Of a DNA stretch of 64,000 nucleotides, positions 1 through 8,923 are shown piece after piece. The stretch's first letter is position 1. The number at the start of each line of letters is the position of its first letter. This DNA comes from a bacterium (GTDB taxonomy: Bacteria; Planctomycetota; B15-G4). The stretch spans positions 7,832-71,831 of the forward strand of contig JAUIEF010000006.1 of NCBI GenBank assembly GCA_030428785.1, read 5' to 3'. The position numbers and the translations under genes were made by a program. A model generated the notes under the pieces. The model did no database searches. It was given only the letters and a program-made list of their open reading frames with translations, and was not told the DNA's origin.

Positions 1-711
1 TCGGCTGGGGCGCGCGCTCGCTGCCCGTGCTCGCGACGACGCGCCGCGTGCACCTCCCCGCGGATGACCTCCGCCGCGCGAGCCTCTCGAGCATCCGCGC
101 GCTCTTCTTCGCCGTGCTCATCCTCTTCCAGGCCTGGATGATCGGCGAGGTCTGCGCGCGCATGGGCACGGCCGACTACCTCGTCGCGCTGCTGTCCGGC
201 TCGGTCTCCGCGGTCATGCTCCCCGTGCTGCTCTTCGGCGCGGCCTGCCTCGTGGCCTTCGCGACGGGCTCCTCGTGGTCGACCATGGCGATCCTGCTGC
301 CGAACGTCGTGGCGCTCGCCGCGAGCGTCGGCGAGGCGGAGGGCCTGGGCGCGCTCACGATGGTCGTGCTCTGCGTGGGCGCCGTGCTCGAGGGCTCGAT
401 CTTCGGCGACCACTGCTCGCCCATCTCCGACACGACCGTGCTGAGCTCCGTGTCCTCCGCGAGCGACCACGTCGACCACGTGCGCACGCAGGCGCCCTAC
501 GCGCTCACGACGGGCGCGCTCGCGATCGGGCTGGGCTACGTGCCGACGGTCGCGCTCGACTGGTGGAGCGGTGATGCTCGGGGTGCTCTACGTGTTCGGG
601 CGGGTCGCGCCCGACGCGCCCGCCGGTCCGGACGACCCGTCGTCCGTCGGCGGGCGCCGCGCGCGGGCGCCGGGCGTCGGCGCGGCACCGACGACGGAGG
701 CGGCCGTCTGA
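1..711 (+). CDS. Na+/H+ antiporter NhaC-family protein, 3' part (5' end outside the window; frameshift near 570)
   Basis: Motifs AFATGSSWSTMAIL, GSIFGDHCSPISDTTVLSS and DHVRTQAPYA in frame 27. A plausible natural C-terminus (VMLGVLYVFGR...TTEAAV*) lies in the +1 frame from 571, ending at TGA 709-711. Confidence 0.8.
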
Positions 712-2027
712 GCTCGGGACCCGTCGCCGCCTGGCGCGCCTTCTCGCCCGACGCGCGCCGCTTCCTCGGGGGCGCCGTGCTGCTCGAGCTGGGGCACGCG
801 TTCCTGTGGGTGCTCCAGAACCTCTACGTGCGCTCCGTCGGGTACGGCGACGCGGAGGCCGGGCAGGTGCTCGCGGCGGGCGGGCTCGGCGTCGTGCTCT
901 CGACGATCCCGGCGGCCTCGCTCTACGACCGGCTCGGCGCGCGGCGCAGCCTGCTGGTGAGCGCGTTCGCGGCGGCCGCCGCGCTCGCCGGGCTCGCGTG
1001 CGTCGAGAGCCTCCCGATGCTCATGGTGTTCGCCGCGCTCCAGTCGTCGGCGTTCACGCTGCACCGCGTCGTCGCGGCGCCGTTCCTCGTCGCGGCGAGC
1101 GAGCCGGCGGAGCGGACGAGCCTCTTCGGCGCGGAGACGGCGACGCACTCCATCGCGTCGATGATCGGGCTGTCCGTCGCGGGGCTCGTGGCCGGGCTGC
1201 TCCAGGGCGCGGTGCTCGGCGAGACGGCCGCGCTCCGCGCCGCGCTGCTGCTGGGCGCCGCGACGACGCTCTGCGCGGCGCCCTTCTACCGGCGCATCCG
1301 CCTCGAGACGCGGCCTCGCGCCGACGAGTCCGTCCGCGCGCGCCGCCGCATGTTCGCGGTCCTCGCGCCGCGGCACTGGGGCATGTGGTGGCGGCTCGCG
1401 CTCCCGCACGGTCTCGTGGGCCTCGGAGCGGGCCTCACGATCCCGTTCATCAACATCTACTTCACGGACCGCTTCGGCGTGCCCAAGGAGGAGCTGGGGT
1501 TCGTCATGGCGACCTCGCAGCTCACGATGACCGTCGGGATCCTCGCCATCCCGTGGACCGTGCGGCGCATCGGCCTGCTCCGCGCGACGATCCTCAGCGA
1601 GGCGCTCTCGCTGCCGTTCTTCCTGACGCTCGCGTTCACGACGGAGTTCCCCGTCGCGCTCACGGCCTTCGTGTTCCGCAGCGCGCTCATGAACCTGAGC
1701 CACCCGCTGTGGCGCAACCTCATGATGGAGATCACGCCGGGCGAGTGGCGCGCCGCGGTGAACGGCGTGACGATGCTCGCGTGGCACCTCGGTTGGGCGC
1801 TGTCCAACCAGCTCGGCGGCACGCTCATCGAGACGTCCGCGGGCTGGGTCGCGCCCGGCACCGACGGCTACGTCGTGCCCATGCTCGTGACGAGCAGCGT
1901 GTACCTCGCGGCGATCGTCGTCGAGGCCGCGTTCTTCTGGCACGTGCGGCACCTCGGGGTCGTGCCGCCGCCGGACCCCGCGGACCTCCCCGCCGCGTCG
2001 GACGAGGCGGGCCGCGACGCCGCCTGA
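708..2027 (+). CDS. MFS transporter
   Basis: About 12 hydrophobic segments, motif-A-like SLYDRLGARR, and PAERTSLFG. Probable CTG start overlapping the upstream TGA, with GGAGG 7 nt upstream. Confidence 0.85.
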   Translation: MSSGPVAAWRAFSPDARRFLGGAVLLELGHAFLWVLQNLYVRSVGYGDAEAGQVLAAGGLGVVLSTIPAASLYDRLGARRSLLVSAFAAAAALAGLACVESLPMLMVFAALQSSAFTLHRVVAAPFLVAASEPAERTSLFGAETATHSIASMIGLSVAGLVAGLLQGAVLGETAALRAALLLGAATTLCAAPFYRRIRLETRPRADESVRARRRMFAVLAPRHWGMWWRLALPHGLVGLGAGLTIPFINIYFTDRFGVPKEELGFVMATSQLTMTVGILAIPWTVRRIGLLRATILSEALSLPFFLTLAFTTEFPVALTAFVFRSALMNLSHPLWRNLMMEITPGEWRAAVNGVTMLAWHLGWALSNQLGGTLIETSAGWVAPGTDGYVVPMLVTSSVYLAAIVVEAAFFWHVRHLGVVPPPDPADLPAASDEAGRDAA

Positions 2028-2037
2028 GTCGCCCGGG

Positions 2038-3576
2038 TCAGTCCCCGCGGTCGGCGAGGCTGGCCGTCGCGAGCTTCCGGTTCATGAGCCTGAGCACGAC
2101 GAGCACGACGGCGAACTGGAGCAGGCAGGTGCCGAGCCCGAACGTCGTCGACGGGTCGAGGTACTCGGCGAGGCGGTCACCCAGCGGGCGCGCGACGCCG
2201 TCGACCTCGGCGGGCACCCACGTCCACGCCTGGTAGGCCCACCACGCGAGCAGCCCCACCGCCTGGAGCGGCACGAGCCAGGTGAGCGCGACGCGGAACA
2301 GGAGGCCGCCGCCCGGCGCGTCGCCCTGCGGCGCCGCGACGAGCTCGTCGTGGAACCGGCGCGGGCCGTGTTGCAGCACCGCGAAGCCCGCGAGCGCGCC
2401 GGACACCATGAGCCCCACGCCCCACACCCAGTCCTGGTTGCCGAGCACCGTGAGCGAGTCGAAGCCCAGGTCCACCGCGGACGGCAACCCGAGCAGGAAG
2501 CCGACCACGAACGTCCACAGCGTGGCGCGCTTCCGCGGCACGCCGAGGTCGACGAGCGTGCGCACGGCGAGCTCCACCATCGCGATGAGCGAGGAGAGCG
2601 CCGCCGCGGCGAGCCCCGCGAAGAACACCGCGCCGAGCACGCCGCCGAAGGCCGGCATCTGCTGGTAGAGCACGGGCATCCACACGAAGGTCAGGCCCGT
2701 GCTCGCCGGCCCGCTCTCCGTGACGAGCGTCGACGGGTCCTGCCCGGCCAGCGGCGCGAGCGCGAACACGGCCGGGATGATGGCGAGCGCCGCGAGCAGC
2801 GACGCGCAGTTGTTGCCGACGCCCGTCGAGATGCACTCGCGTCCGGCGCGCATGTCGGAGCCGGCGTAGATCGCGTAGCAGACCATGAGGCCCCAGCCGG
2901 CGCCCGTGCTCCACGCCGACTGACTCAGCGCCTCGAGCCAGATCTTGTGGTCGTGGGTGAGGCGGTCCCAGTCGAAGGTCGTGAGGAACGCGACGCCGTC
3001 GCCCGCGCCCTCGAGCGTGAGCCCGCGCACCGCCGTGACGACGAGCACGATGAAGAGCGCCGGCACGAGCACCTTGCAGACGCGCTCGATGCCGCCGGTC
3101 ACGCCGAGCGCCACGACCGAGCACGCGACGCCGATGGAGAGCAGGTGCACGCCCGCCGGACCCCACGTGTGCGTGAAGTCGACGAAGGTCGCCTCGGCGT
3201 TCCCGGGCGTGATCGCGGCCGCGCCGCCGCTGATCGCGAGCCACAGGTAGCGGAGCGTCCAGCCGCTCACGACCGAGTAGTAGAAGAGGATGGCGATGGT
3301 GCAGAAGGCGACGAAGCCGCCGCGCCACGCCGCCCGCTCGCCGAACACCGTCGCGAACGCCCCCACCGGACCCCGCTTGCTGCGCCGGCCGATCGCGAAC
3401 TCGACCATGAGCAGCGGGATGGACCAGGTGAAGAGGAAGATCGCCCACGGGACGAGGAACGTCCCGCCGCCGTTCGCCGCGAGGATGCGCGGGAACCGCC
3501 AGAGGTTCCCCGTGCCGATGGCCATGCCGAGCGTCGCGAGGAGCAGCGCCCAGCGGCTGCTGAAGGTCTTGCTCAA
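2038..3576 (-). CDS. Sodium-dependent transporter, NSS/SNF family
   Basis: FSSRWALLLATLGMAIGTGNLWRFP...NGGGTFLVP signature. TTG start overlaps the stop of the upstream gene (TTGA). Confidence 0.92.
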   Translation of the reverse strand: MSKTFSSRWALLLATLGMAIGTGNLWRFPRILAANGGGTFLVPWAIFLFTWSIPLLMVEFAIGRRSKRGPVGAFATVFGERAAWRGGFVAFCTIAILFYYSVVSGWTLRYLWLAISGGAAAITPGNAEATFVDFTHTWGPAGVHLLSIGVACSVVALGVTGGIERVCKVLVPALFIVLVVTAVRGLTLEGAGDGVAFLTTFDWDRLTHDHKIWLEALSQSAWSTGAGWGLMVCYAIYAGSDMRAGRECISTGVGNNCASLLAALAIIPAVFALAPLAGQDPSTLVTESGPASTGLTFVWMPVLYQQMPAFGGVLGAVFFAGLAAAALSSLIAMVELAVRTLVDLGVPRKRATLWTFVVGFLLGLPSAVDLGFDSLTVLGNQDWVWGVGLMVSGALAGFAVLQHGPRRFHDELVAAPQGDAPGGGLLFRVALTWLVPLQAVGLLAWWAYQAWTWVPAEVDGVARPLGDRLAEYLDPSTTFGLGTCLLQFAVVLVVLRLMNRKLATASLADRGD

Positions 3577-4178
3577 CGGCCGCCCTCCCCGAGCAGCTCG
3601 CGCACGGTGTCCGCGCGGTCGCCGTCGGGCTCGAGCTGGAGGAAGAGCCGGCCGAACTTCTCGCGTCGCGCGTCGCCGCCCATGCCGTCGAGACCCTGCA
3701 TGCGGACGAGCGCGTAGGCCGCGTCGGCGCGTCGGGTCCCCGCGCTGCCCGTGCCGCGCTCGAGCGCGCTGTTCGCCGTGCGCCAGTGGTCGTCCGCGCG
3801 GAGCTGGAGGAAGAGCGCGAGGTGCGCCTTGCCCTTGGCCCACTCGAGGTCCACACGGGTCGTCGCGTCGGCGTCGCCGCCGACCAGGCCCTCGTCGGCG
3901 TGGTCCGAGGCCTCGTCGAAGCGCTCGAGCGCGAGGCAGGCCTCGGCGGCCGCGAGCCGCAGCCGCGGGTCGGCGCCGTGCTCCTTGAGCGCGCGCCCGG
4001 CCGTGAGGAGCGCGTCGGAGGCGTCGCCCGCGGCGAGGCTGTCCCGCGCGGCCGTGAGCGCGGCGTCGCGCGCCTCGGCGGCCGGGTCGCCGCAGGCGAG
4101 CGCGAGGGCGAGGGCCGCGCCGAGCGCGAGACGCGAGCGTGCGCGGCGGCTCCGGTCGTCGACGGGGGGCTGCTCCAT
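3573..4178 (-). CDS. TPR-like helical-repeat lipoprotein
   Basis: SD GAGGAGG before MEQPP; lipobox-like LALAC; Ala/Leu helical repeats. Confidence 0.7.
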   Translation of the reverse strand: MEQPPVDDRSRRARSRLALGAALALALACGDPAAEARDAALTAARDSLAAGDASDALLTAGRALKEHGADPRLRLAAAEACLALERFDEASDHADEGLVGGDADATTRVDLEWAKGKAHLALFLQLRADDHWRTANSALERGTGSAGTRRADAAYALVRMQGLDGMGGDARREKFGRLFLQLEPDGDRADTVRELLGEGGR

Positions 4179-4317
4179 GGCCGGTCCTCCTCCTCGTGCT
4201 CGTGCTGCCGGCGCCCGGCGGGGCGACTCGAGGCGGCCAGCATTTCGCCTCGGCGCGACGATGTCCACGGGAAAGAGGCCGCCGCGCCCGGCCCGGGAAC
4301 CGGACCGCCCCACCCGA

Positions 4318-4333
4318 TACCATGCGCGCCATG
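4318..4333 (+). promoter_or_regulatory. Putative leaderless-type -10 element of polA
   Basis: TACCAT (4318-4323), then 7 nt, then ATG 4331; no SD. Confidence 0.45.
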
Positions 4334-7126
4334 CCCCGCACCTTCCTCGTCGACGGATCCGCCCTCGCGTACCGCTCCTACTACGCGCGCGGCCCCGGTC
4401 CCGCCTACGCCTACGCGTCCTCGCTCCTCTCGCTCATCGAGAAGGAGGCGCCGGACTTCCTGCTCGTCGCGATGGACACGCCGAAGAAGACGTTCCGGCA
4501 CGAGGCCTACGGCGAGTACAAGGCGACGCGCCAGAAGACGCCGCCCGAGCTCATCGCGCAGCTCCCGACCTTCGAGCGCATCGCCACGGCGCTCGGCATG
4601 CCGGTCTACGCGCTCGAGGGCTGGGAGGCGGACGACGTCATCGGCACGCTCGCGAAGCAGGCGTACGAGGCGGGGCACGAGGTCTACGTCGTGAGCGGCG
4701 ACAAGGACTTCATGCAGTGCATCAACGAGCGCACGTTCCTCTACGTGCCGGCGGGGACCAACGCGGAGCCCAGCGTGCTCGGGGCCGAGGCGGTGAAGGA
4801 GAAGTTCCACTGCCGGCCCGACCAGGTGGTCGACGTGCTCGCGCTCATGGGCGACAGCTCGGACAACGTGCCGGGCGTGCCGCGCGTCGGGGAGAAGACG
4901 GCGCTCAAGCTCATCGACCAGTACGAGGGCCTCGACGACATCTACGAGAAGCTCGACGCGGTCAAGCCGGCGTCGCTCCAGGCGCGGCTGCGCGAGGGCA
5001 AGGAGAGCGCCTACCTCTCCCAGGACCTCGTGACGATCCGCCGCGACAGCCCGATCACGGTGGGCCTCGACGACCTGCGCTACGAGGGCCCGCACGCGGA
5101 GGAGGCCCGCGCGCTCTTCGTCGAGCTCGACTTCCCGTCCCTCATCAAGCGGCTCGGCGAGGACGGCGGCGGCGAGCAGGTCGAGCGCACGGACCACGTC
5201 GTGCGGACCGCGGAGGACTACGAGGCCTTCCTCGACGCGCTCCAGAGCGCCGAGCGGCTCGTGTTCGACCTCGAGACGACGTCGCTCACGGCGCTCGAGG
5301 CGGAGATCGTCGGGCTCGCGTTCGCGTTCCGGCCGCACGAGGCCTGGTACCTCCCGGCGAACCTCCCGGAGCCGATCTTCGGGCCGGGCGACCGCGGGCG
5401 CACCGCGCGCGAGCGCGCCGACGGCACGGGCGACGAGGAGGGCATGTTCGCGAAGCCGGGCGCCGCGACGACGGGCACCGGCCTCCCCGGCGACCCGCTC
5501 GTGCCGCCCGAGGGCTCGGACCTCCGTCGCTTCCTCGACGACCTGCGCCCGGTGCTCGAGGACGCGGGCGTCGCCGTCGCCGGCCAGAACCTCAAGTACG
5601 ACCTGCTCGTGCTCGGGCGCTACGGCGTCGCGCCCGCCAACGTGGCCTTCGACACGATGCTCGCGTCCTACTGCCTCGACGCGCACCAGGCGCAGCACGG
5701 CCTCGACTTCCTGTCGCTCAAGCACCTGGGCGTCACGAAGATCCCGACGTCCGACCTGCTCGGGAAGGGCGCCAAGCAGATCGGCATGTGGGACGTGCCC
5801 GTCGACCGCTGCGGCGAGTACGCCTGCGAGGACGCCGACTGCACCTTCCGGCTCTACGAGCTCTTCGAGGAGCAGCTCGAGGGCTCCGAGGTCGAGGGCG
5901 TCTTCCGCGAGATCGAGATGCCCGTGCTCTCCGTGCTGCGGACGATGGAGACGCACGGCGTGCTCGTGGACCGCGACCTGCTCGCGCGCATCGGCGCCGA
6001 GATGGGCGAGCGCATCGAGGCGCTCAACAAGGAGATCCACGAGCTCGCCGGGGAGGAGTTCAACGTCGGGAGCCCGAAGCAGCTCGGCGAGGTGCTCTTC
6101 GACAAGCTGGCGATCCACGAGGAGCTGGGCGTCAAGCGCATCAAGAAGACCAAGACCGGGTACAGCACCGACGCGAGCGTGCTCGAGTCGCTCTCCGCCC
6201 ACCCCATCGCGGCCAAGGTGCTCGAGTGGCGCCAGCTCACGAAGCTCAAGGGCACCTACGTCGACGCGCTCCCGGCGCTCGTCCACCCGTTCAGCGGGCG
6301 CATCCACACCTCGTACAACCAGGCCGTCGCGGCGACGGGCCGGCTGAGCTCCGCCGACCCGAACCTCCAGAACATCCCCGTGCGGACGGCGGAGGGACGG
6401 CGCATCCGGGAGGCCTTCGTCGCCGAGGAGGGCTGCGTGCTGCTCGCGGCCGACTACAGCCAGGTCGAGCTGCGGCTGCTCGCCCACCTCTCGGGCGACG
6501 AGGTGCTCCTCGAGGCCTTCCGCTCCGGCGAGGACATCCACCGGCGCACGGCGGCGCTCGTCTTCGGCGTGGAGCAGGACGAGGTCACCCCGGAGATGCG
6601 CTCACGCTCGAAGGCGATCAACTTCGGCATCATCTACGGGATGGGCGCCCAGCGGCTCTCGCGGGAGATCGGCGTGAGCCACAAGGAGGCGACGGCCTTC
6701 ATCGAGCAGTACTTCGAGCGGCTGCCCAAGGTGAAGGAGTGGCTCGACGGGACGCGCGAGGCGGCCCGGGAGACGGGGTACGTCTCGACGCTCTCCGGGC
6801 GACGCCGGCGGCTCGACGGTCTCGAGGGCGCCGACCCGCGGACCTTCGCGGCGCTCATGAACGTCGCGGTGAACACCCCCATCCAGGGCACGGCGGCGGA
6901 CCTCATCAAGCTCGCGATGATCCGGGTGCAGGCGGCCCTCGAGGAGCGGGGGCTCCCGGCCCGGATGACGCTCCAGGTGCACGACGAGCTGGTGTTCGAG
7001 GTCCCGGAGGGCGAGGTCGACGCGCTGCGCGAGCTCGTCGTCCCGCTCATGGAGCAGGCCATGCCGCTCGACGTCCCGCTCGTCGTCGACACGGGGGTCG
7101 GAAGCAACTGGCTCGAGGCGCACTGA
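4331..7126 (+). CDS. polA: DNA polymerase I
   Basis: 5' nuclease motifs (LVDG, EADDVIGT, SGDKD, GDSSDNVPGV). Exo I-III (DLETT, NLKYD, YACEDAD). Polymerase motifs (ADYSQVELR, KAINFGIIYG, LQVHDEL). Confidence 0.98.
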   Translation: MPRTFLVDGSALAYRSYYARGPGPAYAYASSLLSLIEKEAPDFLLVAMDTPKKTFRHEAYGEYKATRQKTPPELIAQLPTFERIATALGMPVYALEGWEADDVIGTLAKQAYEAGHEVYVVSGDKDFMQCINERTFLYVPAGTNAEPSVLGAEAVKEKFHCRPDQVVDVLALMGDSSDNVPGVPRVGEKTALKLIDQYEGLDDIYEKLDAVKPASLQARLREGKESAYLSQDLVTIRRDSPITVGLDDLRYEGPHAEEARALFVELDFPSLIKRLGEDGGGEQVERTDHVVRTAEDYEAFLDALQSAERLVFDLETTSLTALEAEIVGLAFAFRPHEAWYLPANLPEPIFGPGDRGRTARERADGTGDEEGMFAKPGAATTGTGLPGDPLVPPEGSDLRRFLDDLRPVLEDAGVAVAGQNLKYDLLVLGRYGVAPANVAFDTMLASYCLDAHQAQHGLDFLSLKHLGVTKIPTSDLLGKGAKQIGMWDVPVDRCGEYACEDADCTFRLYELFEEQLEGSEVEGVFREIEMPVLSVLRTMETHGVLVDRDLLARIGAEMGERIEALNKEIHELAGEEFNVGSPKQLGEVLFDKLAIHEELGVKRIKKTKTGYSTDASVLESLSAHPIAAKVLEWRQLTKLKGTYVDALPALVHPFSGRIHTSYNQAVAATGRLSSADPNLQNIPVRTAEGRRIREAFVAEEGCVLLAADYSQVELRLLAHLSGDEVLLEAFRSGEDIHRRTAALVFGVEQDEVTPEMRSRSKAINFGIIYGMGAQRLSREIGVSHKEATAFIEQYFERLPKVKEWLDGTREAARETGYVSTLSGRRRRLDGLEGADPRTFAALMNVAVNTPIQGTAADLIKLAMIRVQAALEERGLPARMTLQVHDELVFEVPEGEVDALRELVVPLMEQAMPLDVPLVVDTGVGSNWLEAH

Positions 7127-7145
7127 GGGCCGGTTGTGCCCGATC

Positions 7146-7163
7146 TCTCGCTTTAAAGCGAGA
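7146..7163. repeat. Perfect 18-bp palindrome TCTCGCTTTAAAGCGAGA
   Basis: Read directly; lies about 20 bp after the polA stop and about 20 bp before a TTGACG. Confidence 0.85.
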
Positions 7164-7183
7164 CTAAAACTGTATTCGGTGAC

Positions 7184-7212
7184 TTGACGCCCTCGTCATC
7201 TCGCAGTATCAA
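7184..7212 (+). promoter_or_regulatory. Putative sigma70 promoter TTGACG-N17-TATCAA
   Basis: Near-consensus -35 and 17-nt spacer in an AT-richer intergenic region; the -10 is imperfect. Confidence 0.45.
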
Positions 7213-7470
7213 CAAGCCACAGGGCAAGACCGGAGCTGGAACGAGAGCCAGTTTCGCACCGCGATCGACAGGGCAAAGATCGCTCGCAGTTCGGGTGTCG
7301 AGAGAAGCAGGGTTCTCGTTCGGGCAACGTTCCGTCCTGGGGCAACTCCACAGACGCCGAGGATCCGACCGGGTCCTCGCTGGAAGAGGTCCGTCCCCAC
7401 GGCACTGGGTCACGGAAACGGTTGCTCCGTCTCTCTCTGTCAAGTCTTTCGTCTTCGTGAGCCAGTACCG

Positions 7471-8688
7471 ATGAAGTTCATCCGTTCCCTTTCCATCACC
7501 GGCGCCGCCTTCGGCCTGCTCGCCGGTTCCGCCGTCTCGCAGATGGCGTCCCACGGTCCCGTGAGCGCCGACTCGTTCGGCTTCCCCGAGACCTACACCG
7601 ACCAGGCGGGCACCACGCTCGTCCAGGGCGTCGACATCACCGACCCGCTGCTCCTCGCGATCCTCGAGGCGCCGAATCTCCCGGACCCCACCGGCCCGCT
7701 CGACGTGGGCACCGGCAACTTCTTCGGTGAGTTCTTCTACTGGGCGGGAGACACGACGATCGGGACCGCTGGCGGCGACGCCCTGCTCGTCATGGCGCTC
7801 GAGGGCGTCTTCGACAACGCTGCCGAGGCGATCATCGAAGGCGACCAGCTCGTCTTCAGCCGTATCCGCATCCGCATCGACGTGGGCAACGACCCGGCGA
7901 ACGCCGGCACGTACACGGTCATCCACCCCTTCGGCGAGGTCGAGTTCGAGGTCACGGCCGCCGACATCGCGGCCAACGGAGGCACGCGAGTCATCAACTA
8001 CACCGACGACTGTCTGCACCTCAACATCCTCAACCCGTCCTGCGGCGTCGCGATGGGCAACCAGTTCACGAACGTCATGGACCCGAGCATCGCGTCGATC
8101 AGCCACTTCCTCGCCTGGGACGCGGACGCTCCGGCGGGCTACATCGGCGACCCCAACATCGGGCACACCGTGACGGGCTCGCCCACGGGCAACAACTTCT
8201 TCCGCGTGGAAGGCCCGAACATCGGTATCGGCGCCGTGGGCAGCGAGATCGCCGACGACGATGCGATCCAGACCTCGCTCTTCAGCGTGTCCGGCAAGCT
8301 GGCGCCCGAGGTGCTCAACGCCTGGGTCGACCTGGGCGGCGGCCTCACCGGCAGCGGCCTCCAGCCCGTCATGACGGGCACCGGCGACCTCACCCCGGGC
8401 TCCGAGTTCAGCGTCCAGGTCAGCACGGACTCCCCGCTCACCCCGGGCATCATGTTCTTCGGCACGCAGGCCGGGAACATCCCGTTCGCGGGCGGCATCG
8501 TGGTGCCCGATCCGACGACCGGCTTCCGCCGCAACCGCATCACGAACGCGGCGGGCACGGTCGGCTTCGGCGGCATCTTCCCGGCCATCGCGCCCGGCAC
8601 GGAGCTGTACGTCCAGTACTGGCTCCAGGACGCCGGCGCCCCCGGCAACTTCGCGGGCAGCAACGCGATCCTGGGCACCGTCCCCTGA
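7471..8688 (+). CDS. Secreted protein of unknown function (paralog 1) with C-terminal ~120-aa module
   Basis: Signal peptide MKFIRSLSITGAAFGLLAGSAVSQ; C-ending codon bias; collinear with the next gene. Confidence 0.85.
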   Translation: MKFIRSLSITGAAFGLLAGSAVSQMASHGPVSADSFGFPETYTDQAGTTLVQGVDITDPLLLAILEAPNLPDPTGPLDVGTGNFFGEFFYWAGDTTIGTAGGDALLVMALEGVFDNAAEAIIEGDQLVFSRIRIRIDVGNDPANAGTYTVIHPFGEVEFEVTAADIAANGGTRVINYTDDCLHLNILNPSCGVAMGNQFTNVMDPSIASISHFLAWDADAPAGYIGDPNIGHTVTGSPTGNNFFRVEGPNIGIGAVGSEIADDDAIQTSLFSVSGKLAPEVLNAWVDLGGGLTGSGLQPVMTGTGDLTPGSEFSVQVSTDSPLTPGIMFFGTQAGNIPFAGGIVVPDPTTGFRRNRITNAAGTVGFGGIFPAIAPGTELYVQYWLQDAGAPGNFAGSNAILGTVP

Positions 8689-8923
8689 TCGCGACCTCCT
8701 AGCGAGGACGCAGCCCCTCCCTTCTCGGGGCCCCCGTCCGGATCGCGTGCGTATCCTCCAGCTCCGCACGCCCCGGGCGGGGGCTCGTTTCTCCGAGGCG
8801 TCGCTCCCGTGCCCGGAGCGGCGCCTCGTCCATGTCCCACCACGACCGGCGCGCGTGCACCGCGCTCGCCGACGGGCTCTTCCCGGCCCGACCGTCACTC
8901 CCGCGACCACCCAGGGCAACACC

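Noticed and set aside
7215-7300. Cyclic di-GMP-I (GEMM) riboswitch, suggested by CACAGGGCAA
   Set aside because: The following GNRA-tetraloop P2, GACGCAAAG junction and P3 receptor are not evident; kept only as an unnamed structured leader.
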